A DNA stretch of 64,000 bases, from assembly GCF_009914755.1 (NCBI RefSeq), contig NC_060932.1; one strand, written 5' to 3'. Both the position numbers and the translations under genes were made by a program. The number at the start of each line of letters is the position of its first letter. Positions within the stretch are counted from its first letter, which is position 1. Source of the stretch: the human T2T-CHM13v2.0 reference genome, Homo sapiens. The notes beneath the pieces were generated by a model. The model searched no databases, was not told the origin of the DNA, and worked only from the letters and a program-made list of their open reading frames with translations. This document shows, piece after piece, positions 26,530 through 40,378 of the stretch.

Positions 26530-26887
26530 CAGACGGTCCTGGCTCACAGCAGTGCGATAAGATTGTTTTACTTTATGATGCTGTGAAAGTAATGCACATT
26601 CATTAGAAACTGTACTTCGAGTTCCGCACAACCCTTCTGATTTTTGCTTTCAGTACCATGGTCAATGAATTATGTAAGGTATTCACTTTATGATGAAATA
26701 GGCTTTGTGCCGGATGATCTTGCCCCGCTGCAGGCTCATCTAAGTGTTCTGAGCACGTTTAAGGTTGGCCAGGCTAAGCTATAATGTTTGGTAGCTTAGC
26801 TGTATTAAATGCATTTTTGACTTACAATGCTTTCCATTTAAGATGGTTTGTCAGGACATAACCCCATTATAAGGTGAGGGGTATTTG
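26530..26887 (-). mobile_element. MER47A (TcMar-Tigger), near full length
   Basis: CAGACGGTCC...AAGTGTTCTGAGCACGTTTAAGG...GCTAAGCTAT...GTATTAAATGCATTTT.GACTTAC...GGACATAACCCCATT; TA after the right end. Confidence 0.9.
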
Positions 26888-27311
26888 TACTATGATAAAA
26901 ATAGAGGCAAATCTTAGATTAGCAAGCTTTTAGAAGCATGAAAATGAATTAGGAATAGTAAGAAAAATAATTTACTTAACGTAAGATTCAAATTTCTATA
27001 GGTCAAAGAACCTTGTAAACAAAATTAGAAGGCAAAAACACGACAGGAAAAATATTTGCAATACATTGACACAAAATTTTTAATACGGGAAAAATATCTC
27101 AAATCAATATGAAAAATGCAGGTTAATATCCCTAGAGGGGAAAAAAATCAGCGAAGGGGAAAAAAGCAGTTATTTAGCCCAAGAAAAATTTCCAGCGTCA
27201 CTAGCTATGAAGTAAGTGGACGTTTTTTTAAAAACCTAGTGCTTCTTCTATTTATGATGGAGTGGCAGTGGCCAGTGCTGTTTATAGAAGGATGAATAGG
27301 TGCAGGCTTCA

Positions 27312-28367
<1,056 letters not shown>

Positions 28368-28596
28368 AATGTGCGTTGTATGTTTTAAGTGGCAAAGCCG
28401 AGCAGAAAGCACCGTGAAAGCGGTGACACTGCATGCCCGTGACAGTGGTGGCACCCGCGTGCTGGCGTGACAGCGGTGACACCTGCGTGCCAGTGTGCAC
28501 AGCACAGGCAGAGAGCACCTGTGTGTTAACAGGCAGTAACAGGGGTTGTCTCTGGGTGGTGAGATTGTCGGAGATTGTTTTTGTTTTTTTATCTAA

Positions 28597-28912
<316 letters not shown>

Positions 28913-29875
28913 AAGTACGAGTATTTTTTAATGAAAAAATAAAACAAATGCTTGATTGACTGGTAGCCACAGAGCTCTGAACAAGACTGGTCCTGTCCCT
29001 GTGGACAAGTGCCCCACAGCTGTGTGGCTCCCTGTCTCCTCCCACAACCCCCACCCCACGGTCCTGGCCATGCCCACCAGCCAGTCCCTCAAAGCTAGTC
29101 CCCTTCACTCCTACCCTAGGGTCCCTGTCTGCATTATAATCACCTGTTCATATTCAAATTAAGCACATTCCATGCACAGGCAATTCAAGTACATGCGTGT
29201 TGGGAAGCACCGGTGGCCTCACCCAAGGCTCCGCATTTGGGTGTTTGTGTATTTCCCCCCTCCCTGCCTTGCATGATCGGGGCCACTGCACTGTCGGTCA
29301 GTATGGGGCGGCCCTCACACTACGCCAGCCAGTGCAGGTCCCTGGACAAGGTGGGCCCCACTGGGAGTTGACGGACGGTTCGTGTGGACCTCACAGCCCC
29401 TGCATGGCTCTTGCCCTGTGGTTGATGCTGCTCTGTGGCCCCCTGGAGAGGCTCCCTTTGAAAGGTTTTGCTCAGGGACATGGGACCCGGGGAGCCATGG
29501 TGCAGAAAGCTCACCTGCTGTCAGCTGTCCTCTGGTTTTGCAGCTGTATCACTCCCCTCACCTTACGGTTTCAACGTTTACAGGCAGTAAAACAAATCCT
29601 CATTTTCTAGATGTTTAAAGCTCATTAAGTTTAGGATGCCAACCAGAAAAATAAAACCATGTGAAACCACAAGCGCTTTCAGGGGAAATGCCCGTCAGAG
29701 GCTGCAGTGGGCGTCTCCAGGGCTGCGGACTCTGGGTCCTGGTTCTGTCTGTGCTGGTGGCCTGGGATGGGAAGCCAGGAAGCGCTCCTCCCTCGGGGTC
29801 CACACTGTGAGAGTTACCCTGTGGCCCCCCAGGCAGAACATGACGGAGATGCGCAGGAATGGCAAAGTACGAGGG

Positions 29876-30110
29876 GAAAACAGACAGTGGGATATGGTGA
29901 AACCGTGACGGTTGGTGAATGAGGTGAGTATGAGCAAACGATCATTCGCCACAATGTAACCCTACAGTAAAGGGTAACAGGCAAGGCCAAGTATGGATGA
30001 AAAACAGACAGTGGGATATGGTGAAACCATGACAGTCAGTGAATGAGGTGAGTATAAGCAAAGGGCCGTTTGCCACGATGTAACACTACAGTAAGGATAA
30101 CAGCCAAGCC
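29876..30110. repeat. Two-copy tandem duplication, about 123 bp
   Basis: AAAACAGACAGTGGGATATGGTGAAACC...GAATGAGGTGAGTA... present twice. Confidence 0.9.
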
Positions 30111-31589
30111 CGCACAATGAGGAAACACCTCGTCTTCAGGGTGTGCCCTTGTGTCTACAGTGCCCGTGTCTACAGCGCACGTTCATTCGGCAAACCCGCG
30201 AGCAGCTGCGAGGGCTGAGGCTGTGCTCATAACCTGGAACACACAGCGGGGTAGGGCTCAGAGCTCAGAATCTGGCGGGAGAAATCATCCTCCCTGTTAA
30301 CGTCTGTTCTGTTTGCAGACTTTGATCCAATGACATTAAAGCAGATGAGCCACCCAAAACTAATATACAGTGTCTACTGCAGAAGACGTGTGCTCTTCAC
30401 CAGTCTGTGGACCAGGAAACGAGCCGCTGGGGATCTCAGTCGCAAGGGTGCTCAGGTGGCCTTGGTGCAGACACTCACAGCTCTCAGACTGCAGAGTGTG
30501 CCGGTCCTCGGAGAAGGGGTGTCCTTCAGGGCAGTGCTTCTCTGGCTGATGCCACAGACTGGCTAGTGGATGGCCAGACTCATCACACTGACACCCCTGT
30601 TCACCTAAACCAGATACAACCCCTTCCTGATGCATCTGTTGGTGCCAAATCTTTTTTTTTTTTTTGTAGCTTTTTATTATTAAAACAGTCACTGCAATTA
30701 TCAGGAGTCGTCTAATGTACAGTGACTGCTATTCCTATTGCTGGTGAGTGAGAATATTAATACCATCTGTAGTAGTGAGACAGCAAATATTTCCCGCCTC
30801 ACAGGTGCCCTGGTATTTTAGTGCAGAAAATATTCTTACAGTTCCCTGGAAAGCACGCTTTATAAACTCTTACACATTTTCAAAATAAAGATTTTTTAAA
30901 ATAAACCTTTTTGTCTCTGACGGATTTTAAGTCTCATAACATGAGACGTCAGCCTTGCTGCGATACGCAGCACCACACCAGAAGCCTCCAGCAAGCGCTG
31001 TGTTCTGCTGTGGTTCTGAGCAGCCTCGTAGTGCCATGCAGTGCTCTTCAGACATACGCTGGGGCTCAGGGCTGTGGGCCTCAGAGCACAGGGAGGGGGC
31101 AGGTCCCCATGGGGAGGAGCAGCTGCCCCTGCACCTGCATCTAACTGACATGGATGTTGGCTCCCCACACTGTGAGCACCTGGGTGTTTCTGGCTCCTTT
31201 ACTGCTGAAATTTAGGACAGACCCAATCGACTTAGAGAGCTGTCTCAGGACTCCTTGACAAACCAAATGGAGGAAGGAGGGGAACAGCTGGCAGGTGCTC
31301 CAGGAGTGGGGGCACAGGCAGCGTCAGAACGCAGCCCCCTCCCAGGAGGAAGTTGGGTAGAAGTGAAGATTGTAAAATAAAAGAGAAAATCCAGGTGCAT
31401 CCTTTTCTGAAGTAGCTTTGTAGGTGAAAAGTTATTCAAAAGGATGTGGACGCACAAAGGAGAAGGGGCTGCGAAAGGTTTGGTGAGTGGAATGAGGTGA
31501 GAATCTAAGTAATTTCACTGAAGTATTATCTTAACGTCTTCATTTCCGATCAGCAGCTTTTGTTGCAAATATGTCAGGTTCAATCGTAG

Positions 31590-31830
31590 ATTACGGGAAA
31601 AAGGCAGGATGGACAACTCAAGAGATCTGGTGTGGGACCCAGGCCTGGGGCTAAAAATGTATTGATCGGGGTTTTGGTTAAGGAGGTAGATTTTAGCTGT
31701 TTCTCCACACTCACAGACGTAACCATGTGAGGCAAGGGCTGCGTTCACCCACTTCACCATAGTCACCATTTCCCTCTTTGCATTCCTTAACATCACGCTG
31801 GAGACCTCAAATCTATTCAATAAAACTTAG
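31590..31830 (+). mobile_element. Old L1M/HAL1-type 3' end fragment
   Basis: CAAGAGATCT...GTAGATTTTAGCTG...GTAACCATGTGAGG...AACATCACGCTG...CAATAAAA. Confidence 0.6.
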
Positions 31831-32213
31831 TGCAAGAAAGAGGCCTGCAGTGAAAGCAGCGTTTGGACGGCTCTTTGATGTTGGTGTTGAGGGTTGGCCG
31901 TGGTGAAGAAGGCTTCTGATGGGCAAAGTGTCTTTAGGAGAAACGTGTTATCCCCACTGTGTAATCTGGAACCATGCTGCGCAGACAGGGGCAACCCTGG
32001 CCTATTCTTCTGCGGTGGGCTAAGCGGGGCTGGGCGGCCTGGAACCGAACTGCCTGATCAGGCCACGTTTGTCATCAGAGGCAGAAATCAGGAGCCCTGC
32101 GGCAGGGCGTGGGCTGTCTGCCACACGAGGGTGAGGTCCAGAGACTCGGGAATTCTCGGTGCAGAGGCCCCAAAGGGAGAGAGTCTAGCTGGTCAGCAGC
32201 AGAACCTCTGGGC

Positions 32214-32388
32214 CAGCGGGTCTGAAACTTCCCTGCACATCAGAAGCTGCTGAAACACAGAGTGCAGGACCCTGCCCCCAGAGCTTCGGATTCGGCAGGT
32301 CGGGGTGGGGCCCACGATTCTGCATTTCTAGCAAATTCCCAGGGGTTGCTGAGGTCATCAGTCCGGGGACTGCACGTGGAGAACCACC
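32214..32388 (-). mobile_element. MER5A (hAT-Charlie)
   Basis: GGGGTGGGGCCC..GATTCTGCATTTCTAGCAAATTCCCAGG...GAGAACCAC. Confidence 0.88.
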
Positions 32389-33448
32389 CCTCTAGGCCAC
32401 GTATCCCTGCACCATAGAAAGGAGGGCCCAGGACACCCTGGAGGACAGACACCTCCTGGTAAACTCAACAGGAAAATCCACCTCCCGGGACGCATCCCCT
32501 TCTCCTCGCTGCCCTCCCTGCTGGGAAGACCCTGTCCTCAGGCGGTCCATGCGCCCTGGTTAGACGCCTTCACCCAAAGAGAGGCCAGGCACTCCGGCGC
32601 AGTTTAGGAGAAAGGAAATTGAGCCTGTGCTGCCCTGGGCTTCAGAGGAGGACAGTTTTCTTTTTTAAAACAGGAAGTAAGGACAGGTTGGAGCCCAGGA
32701 ACGTGGGCGTGGGGACACGGGTGGTGCAGAGCTGCCACTGGCCTAGCCTCCTGGCGAAGGGGCAAGCTGGTTCGTGGGGACCACCCGAAGGCCTGGAGGG
32801 ATTTGGGCTGAAGCCCAGGCCGCTCAGCGGGAGTGTGTGCTGTGGAGTCCCTGGTGCAGAGGCTGATGCTGTCGGCGGCTGTCCCTGTGGGTGATGCGGT
32901 GGCGCTGGCAGATAGCCATCCCCTCCCAATCCCACGGTAGACGCTGGCCTCAGCTCTTATAAAACCCGCGCGTTCCCTGCGCAGCGTGGGACTGTGGATA
33001 TTGGAGGGAGGGCATTAGTATTCCCTTGTTGTGATTTGGAAACTAAATGGGCTTCATGGACTTCTCCTTAGGGTTTCTGTCACTCTATAAGCCTTGCTAG
33101 ATGAAGATACAGTGTTTTTCTGTCCATAAATTTGTTAAAGAAAATCTCTTGGAATTTTGCTAAGGCAATTGGAGAGTGACTTAAACAGGACCGTCCTGAG
33201 TTCGTGGACGAGTCCACGGGTCCTGCCAGCACACCTCAGCATCGCCGGTGTTTCAGCAAAGAATCCAAAGAAGAACAGGACCATCGCGAGCCACTTTCCG
33301 CCTCTTCATCCCCGTCCACTGAGGAAATCCACCGAAGCCCTTTGTGTGGGGTTCGGAGGAGAGCGGGTTGCAGGGACTTGCCTTCTGGGTGTGACCTTGG
33401 TGCAGGTGCATAAGGGTTAGCGACTCCTGCTGCTTCCCGGGTGTGCTC

Positions 33449-33579
33449 AGGGGCGGGGCTTTTCCGGGGCGGGGCTTCTCCGGGGCGGGGCTTCTCCGGG
33501 GCGGGGCTTCTCCGGGGCGGGGCTTCTCTGGGGCGGGGCTTCTCCGGGGCGGGGCTTCTCCGGGGCGGGGCTTCTCCAG
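33449..33579. repeat. 16-bp G-rich minisatellite, about 8 copies (GC-box array)
   Basis: GGGGCGGGGCTTCTCC tandem. Confidence 0.97.
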
Positions 33580-36510
33580 GACGGTGCTTTCAACAAATCA
33601 CCAGCCCAGGGTGCAGCTAGAGGCTTTGCGCTGCGTCTGTCTGAGCCTGTGTTGGAGTAGAGTGCATGGGTGTCCTCCAGGTGCCCTGAGTGTTTTGCCC
33701 ACTCCAGGAAGCAAATTGAAGGGACCCTGCCCCACTGCATGCGGACGTGGCTCAGGGTTGGTTGTTTGCCCTCGAGGGGCAGCACGGGACCACGGCTGTG
33801 CCATCTGGGTGAGCTGGGCTGGCAGGTACCCCGAAAAGCACACAGGGAATCCACAGGAAATCCACCTCAGCCAGGGACATATGCACACCCCCCACATCCT
33901 GAAGGCAACTGCAGCTCTCAGAGACCGAGAAACACACACCACACCGCCCCCACCATGGAGATCGGTGGCCTCGTTCTTCCGGTAGCTTCCAAACTCCTGT
34001 TTGATCATGATGGTCTGTCTCTTGTGTGGCCTGACACGGTTGCCCAGAGGCACGAGGAAACAGTCGCCCTGAGGCAGGGCGTGGGCCGTCTGCACACGAC
34101 GGTGAGATCCAGACAGAGACCCGGGAATGCTCTGGCCCCACCGGACACGTGAACACGGTTTCTCGCCTCTCATCGCTCACGTGTTTCAGAAGCACAGTGC
34201 CGAGTGTCTAAAAGGGAAGTGGGTGATTACAGAAAAAGTTTCCAGGCTTAAAATTTCATCCTGAGAAGGGGAAGGAAACTCTTCTGTGATCCTTTCCTTT
34301 TAAGCTTTGTGTGGGCAGTGGCCGGGACCAGCCCCAGGCTGTTCACAGTGATGGTGCAGACGAGCTGAGATGGTCCTTGGTGGTGACTGCCTGGGGCCTC
34401 ACCACACCAGATTTGCAACAGTGTCTGCAGGGGTCGAACCACCAACTGCAAATGTGTAGCCCTGACCATGGTCCCTGCGGCAAGGTGACTCCCCAAGGAC
34501 AGCAGAGATCCTGCTTCTCCAGTCGACATTTCATGGATCACATTCTCCCCAACACACAACTTTAGAGTAGACTTTTATCCCTCCACAGTCTCTACTTCAG
34601 ATGCTATTTATAGGACTTGGATTTATCTTTCTTAGTGCTTTATACAAATAAAAACAAACAGAAATCTATGTGTTGCCTTTAAAAATTACTCTAATCTCTG
34701 TAGTTTTTCCCCTTATCTTCAGAACTAAGGTAACACACGGCTCTGTAGGTAGCCGTCTGGTGCTGAGAATTGCATAAACATTTCTTCAGCTTCTTCTTGC
34801 TCGTGATTGTTTTAGAAAAATGATGTTAAATATGTTACTGAGCTTGATACATTCTTAACTCACTGCATCGTTTAAACGGAGCATGGGAGCCCCCCTGGGT
34901 CTGACTATTAGCTTTCTCCATTTACTAAATTGATGTCAAGCACCTTCGCGCAAGGCCCTACACGGTAACTGAGCTATGAGGAAGCTGCGAGTGAGTCGGA
35001 AATTTGTACAAAAATCCAGTGGAGGAGAAAACCCTCCAAGAATCCACCTCCGTGAGTCAAATTCTAAGAGAAACGTGCTCGCGGCGTCTTCTAGTGCAGG
35101 CCTGAGCCCGGCTCCCACGGTTTCATTTCCGCTGGTTCTGTGCTCTCCTGGGCACTAACTGTGCTGCCCCAGCCTGGCAGGTCTCCTGGGAAGAGGTGGA
35201 CACCTCCTGGCTGCAGGACACCTCTCTGGCACCTCCTGGCTGCAGAGGTGGAATGGCCCCTTCCGTGCTACGGTGGCAAGTTCGGTGTCTGGGGTTAAAG
35301 TTTAGGAGAATGAAAGAGAATTCAAGGAGAGCGGTACAGCTGGGACTCGGGGAGTTAGCGTAGCTTCAAACCCAATTCTGTGATCTGAGCCTTCTGAGGC
35401 ATCCGCAGCGCCGTCTCGGCACTGGCAGGGGAGGGCAGGGGCGGCCGAGGTGGCAGCGAGTCCTCGGGAACTGTGGGTGGGACCTGGTGTTCCCCACAGT
35501 GGCAGCTCCACTCAGGGCCAGGCAGGTAAACGGGTCGAATCCTGGGTCTTAGGGATGTGGCCTGGGTTTGGACCCAGGTCCTGCCACTTACAGCTCTTGA
35601 CCTCAGGTAGGTTGCCCCTTCTTGATCTTCCATCTTCCCATGTCCCATGCGGACAGCAGTCCCGCCGTCACAGCGCCCTCGGGAGGCTCGGTAAGGGCTG
35701 GCGTGGTCCATGTGCAGCCTCCGGCGGGGACACCCGTCAGTGTCCTCATTTCCCCTTACACTGTGTGGTCCCCGTGAGCCTTGGCTTCCACACTAACCAT
35801 GGTCTAGCCCTGATCTCTCACGGCCACAGTCACCATGGAAAATTCTGACGCGAGGCCATCTCTCCCCTTAACACCAGCACCGTCCTCAGCTTTCTCTGAA
35901 AGCATTTTACAGTGGCAGGCAGTGCTGAGCCCCGAAATAACCTAAATCTATTTTCCGCCCATTTGCTTTTTAATTCAAGAGCCAAAGCCTTAGTGTCAAG
36001 CAACAGCGTCCATTTCTGTACTTCTTTGACCCCATGCATTTGGGATTAGGAGGCGCGACCGCCTGGGCTTCTGGGCTTCTCCTGGTGAATTTTGTTGAAC
36101 GTTTCAAAGTCAGTGGCTAGTTTCTCTTGTCTTTTCCCTTCTCTTCTCGTCTTTCCCGTCTGTCTGTCTGTCCTGCTGGCTTTCTTCACTTCGGGGCAGC
36201 ACCCTCAGGGGATTTGAGGGCCTGGGGCAGCCATGGAGGAAGCCACATCTCAGCCCCACCGCCGGACACAGGCCTGAGCCACCAGATCCTCTAAGCTTTA
36301 AAGAGAAGCCAAAAATCTGGTTTCTGTCTGAAGTCTTCTCATTTTTAGAAGTTGGCAAGTAATTCATAAAAAGAAAATACCATGTGGGCCACACAAAACC
36401 ATCTGCAGGTGGAGCTGGCTGCCAGGCTGCGGGCACCAGCCTTCCTTTCTGGGAAAGAAATGGAGATTCACACGAAGGTACGGGCAGCACAGGCAGCATC
36501 CCGAAAGCGC

Positions 36511-36667
36511 CCCCACGCCCATGGCATGCTTGCGGCTGTCTCTCCTGCCTCTGCCTTGCAGGTCCCACGCCCGTGGCATGCTTGCGGCTGTCTCTCCTGC
36601 CTCTGCCTCGCCGGTCCCACGTCCGTGGCACACCTGCGGCTGCCTCTCCTGCCTCCACGTCGCAGGT
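36511..36667. repeat. 52-bp unit, 3 copies
   Basis: CCCACGCCC(A/G)TGGCATGCTTGCGGCTGTCTCTCCTGCCTCTGCCT... repeated. Confidence 0.88.
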
Positions 36668-37896
36668 CAGGAGGACAGAGGCACCTGTAAGCCCTCCGTC
36701 CCCCACACGCGTTTCCTCCACCACCCAGTGATGGCCTTGTCCACAAAAAGCCATCCTGGCAGGAGCTCAGGGCACGTTTCCCTGCAGGGATGGTGGGGTC
36801 CCCGGCATTTCCAGAGGAACTTGGTCCTGGCTGTCTTCTCACAGCCCTGTCAGGCGACATTGGGATCTGGACCTGCAAATCTCCTCTGTCTTCTGGCCCT
36901 CTTGACCTTGCTTCTGGGTGGGGACAACAGTCAGGACATGGAGAGAAGCTGGAGAGAAGGAAAGAGAACCCGACGCTCTGGCAGCTCCTCTCTGGTGGCT
37001 GAGATGCATCCTTGCTGTGTGGGAACCACGGGCGACTGAGCCAGGCCTCAGAGGCTGCGGGTGTGACAGAGCCCGGCTGCCCGTGGCAGGCCTGGCCTTG
37101 GCCTGCCACGTCTCTGGGAGGCCTCTTCTGACCACCTGCTCCCCGTGAGGTTGTGCCGGCTGGGGGGTCCCTCCCTGACAGTGACAGCCAGGCTATTGGC
37201 CATGGCACAGTAGGAGTCAGGATGCCTCCCCAGCCCCTCATCCTCTGTCAGGTGCACCAGGTGGTACCCCTCACTGATCCTCATGGAACCCCATATGGGG
37301 GTCTTCCTCACTCCTGCCGCCTTCAGGTGCAGACCCCACCTTTGGGATAACACAGCTCTCGGCCCCACCCACCTTCCCTCCTGAGCCCGTCTCCCGTGCC
37401 TCCTCCCACTGGATGACATGTTGCATCGAGGAGCCCTGTACAGAGGGGAGGGGCGGACGGTGCCCCCGGGCTGGATCCCAGCTGTGGGTTTTGCCTCAGG
37501 TGGCCTTGAAGCCAGCTGCCCCCAGAGGAGGGGTGCCCTGTGCTCCAGGTGGGGACAGAGCTGGGGTGAGAGAACCCAGACTCAGAATAGGATCGTTCTC
37601 GTGATCGTCAAGGGCTGCCACGTGCGGAATGAGGAGTGGTCTCCTGCTGTGGGCAGGCCTGGGGGCCTCCTCCACCCCGACCTTCAGGAACCCCAGATTC
37701 TGGTGAAAGGGCACCGCTGCGAGAGGGAGGCGGGCGCCGGTCATGGGAAGGGCGGGGGGGGTGCAGCGAAGCAGACACATTTTCCCTGGAGGACTGGGGC
37801 TGGCGGGAAGCGTCTCTCAACTCCATTCCCTCATCTTCGCAGCAGGGGCCGGCGTGCCGCCTCTTCAGTGGTTCTGTCAGTGACACAGATGCATTG

Positions 37897-38447
37897 TGTC
37901 AAAGTGAAAATTGCTCTGGGCAAAGCTCGACTGGCAAGGAGGACTCCAATTAAAGCTTGCGTGGGGGAGACAGGCCCGAACTCAGCCAGAGCTCAGCTCC
38001 CCTTGAACGAAGGACGAGAGGGCTTCTCAGAGCTGGAGAGAGAGGGGACGCTGTGCATTTACGTCGGAGTTGGGGAGGCTCCCAGGGCTTTGCGTTTGCT
38101 GATCAGCCTTTTCCAGAGGAGGAGCAAATTCTCTTATCTTCATGGCAGGGGGTAGTTTTAAAACTTGGAACAGCAGCGAAGCTCCCACCTTCCTCAGAGA
38201 CTGGGCACAGGGCCCCACTCCCTCCATGCCTGTGTTCACAGGGATGGGAACCGGGCCCTCAGAGACACGCACAGCTAGGAAGAGCCTGGCAGAAGATTTA
38301 CGACTGAGATGACCATAGAGAAACCCCGCAAGGACACGTTTTTATAAAGTAGATGCTCTACGAAGCGGGAGGTCAGGGGCCTGCAGTCAAGACAAAGCCA
38401 TCTGTGGTTCGGGGCATTTGAGGGGTGTGTTAGGACCTGGGTGGTCA
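37897..38447 (-). mobile_element. MER31/MER67-family (ERV1) solo LTR
   Basis: TGTCAAAG...AATTGC start, GGTCA end; internal TAAAGTAGATGCTCTA.GAA..GGGAGGTCAGGGGCCT, AAGATTTAC, AGAGACTGGG. Confidence 0.7.
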
Positions 38448-39469
38448 CTTCTACCCGGTCCACACCTGCACCTGGGAGACACTCCTTAGGGACCCCTCAC
38501 TCTCCCAGAGCCTCAAGCTCCGGGGATGTGTGGCTCAGGTGCTGAGCCTGGGATCTCCGCACCGAGGCTGCAGGTGGCCCAGGGTCCCCAGATGCTGGGA
38601 AACAGGCACAGGGGAGCAGGGAGATGCTTGGATTCCTGCCTCTCCACTGGCTCTCCTCTCCAACCGTGGAGGGGGAAGGGGCAGATGGAGCTCACTGGAA
38701 TCCACAGGGCTCACTCCTAATGAAGAAGAAACTGCAGTTACTGAGCAGGTGCCCTCCCAGGTCCAGGATGGCAGGTCCGGCAGAATGTGGATGGCTTCGG
38801 GAAGTTTGCTCGCCGAGATAAAATAATTCTTGCCACACTAAAAGCTGCTACCTGGATGTCCTCTAGCTATTAATGGCATTGACCTGTCTCCAAAACCAAG
38901 CATCCAAGTGTGCCGAGCCAAGCAAAATCAATCTCGGGTCCCAGTAGATGGAGCCGCTGCAGCCAATGTCACTAAATTTCTAAATTTCCTGGGAGTTCTG
39001 AGGCCCACGCGGAGGGCGAGCCTGTGAGAAGGCACGTGGGGGACCAGAGCTGTGCCATGTCTCATGTCGGGGCCCTGGGGGGCCGCAGCTCAGACGTAAA
39101 TACACAGTGTCACCTCTCTCTAACTCCCCAGAATAAACATCTGCCCAGGAGGAAAAACAGGTGATGGCAGAAGCCACATGCCTGTAGCTTCACGTCTCTT
39201 TGTGGAGAAATTGCTCAGATGTCCATCATCCTTGGGAAACCTCCCCTCACGGCACCGTCCAGCCTGGCTTCTGCCACAGAGGTGCCATCCCAGGAACCGC
39301 AGCCGGGCAGGGGCAGATGTGCCTTATGTCACTGTGCACCCGAAGGCCAGACACTGTGCTGGGGATTCATCAAGTTTTTACAAGTTGAAAAGTTTCCTAT
39401 TTTCTTTTTCTTTCTCTCCTTTTCCCTCCATTTAAACAATGAATTCTAATGTGCTGCTTTCTGTACTGT

Positions 39470-39780
39470 CAATATTCATGCATTTGTTTATTCCTTCATA
39501 AAGTAAACATTTATCACCCATTTGTACTATAGCCAGTGCTAAGGACTGGAGATACAGGTGCATGAGACATGTCTCCTGTTGTTTAGGAATTCCCAGGCTG
39601 GAGGGGCTGCACACCCAGGGACAGAGAACTGTCATTCTGCAAGGGCATGTTGTGAGAGAACCAAGCGCACTGTGTCCTCAGGGCAGCAAGAACAGACGTG
39701 GGTCCCCATCTGAAGTGGGGGGCAGCCCAGGAGGCCTTCCTGGAGTTGGTCTTCCTGAGCTGAGGCTTTGGGGATGTTCA
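39470..39780 (-). mobile_element. L2 3' end fragment
   Basis: ATTCATGCATTTGTTTATTCCTTCA..AAACATTTATCACCCATTTGTACTAT.GCCAGTGCTAAGGACTGGAGATACA. Confidence 0.65.
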
Positions 39781-40110
39781 GCGGCTGACCTGGGACAAGG
39801 CAGAGGTGTGAGGGGAGGGATGGGGCAGAGGCACCCCGGCAGAGCAGTGTACAGGGGCACAGGAACAGAGCAGGGGACCCAATGGCGTGGAGAGGTGGCA
39901 GAATTCACTTGGTGCAGAAGAAAGGGGCAGGACAGGAGGTGAGCTGGGAAGTGGAAAGAGATGCCTGCACCCCACAAGGATGGAGAGCAGGCATCATCCA
40001 GGAGGCTGGACCTTCTGTCTCGGGTCCCCGCAGCACGTTTGCTCAGAATAAGAAAAATGTAATAAGGGGGTCTGTGGTGAAGTGAGTTACTGAGAGATGC
40101 AAGAAATGCT

Positions 40111-40378
40111 AATAACAGTGTTAACATTTACATGGCAACCCCTCCAACACACATGCATGTGACCACAGACCCCGGTAAATAACACTGTTAGCATTTACAT
40201 GGCAACCCCTCCAACACACACGCACGTGACCACAGACCCCGGTAAATAACAGTGTTAACATTTACATGGCAACCCCTCCAACACACACACATGTGACCAC
40301 AGACCCCGGTAAATAACACTGTTAACATTTACGTAGCAACCTTTCCAACACACATGCACATGACCACAGACCCCGGTG
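40111..40378. repeat. Minisatellite, 67-bp unit, 4 copies
   Basis: AATAACA(G/C)TGTTAACATTTACATGGCAACCCCTCCAACACAC...GACCACAGACCCCGGTA at 40111, 40178, 40245, 40312. Confidence 0.95.

Noticed and set aside
33766-33786. Possible CTCF site GCCCTCGAGGGGCAGC
   Set aside because: About four mismatches in the core by eye; unsupported without a PWM scan or ChIP
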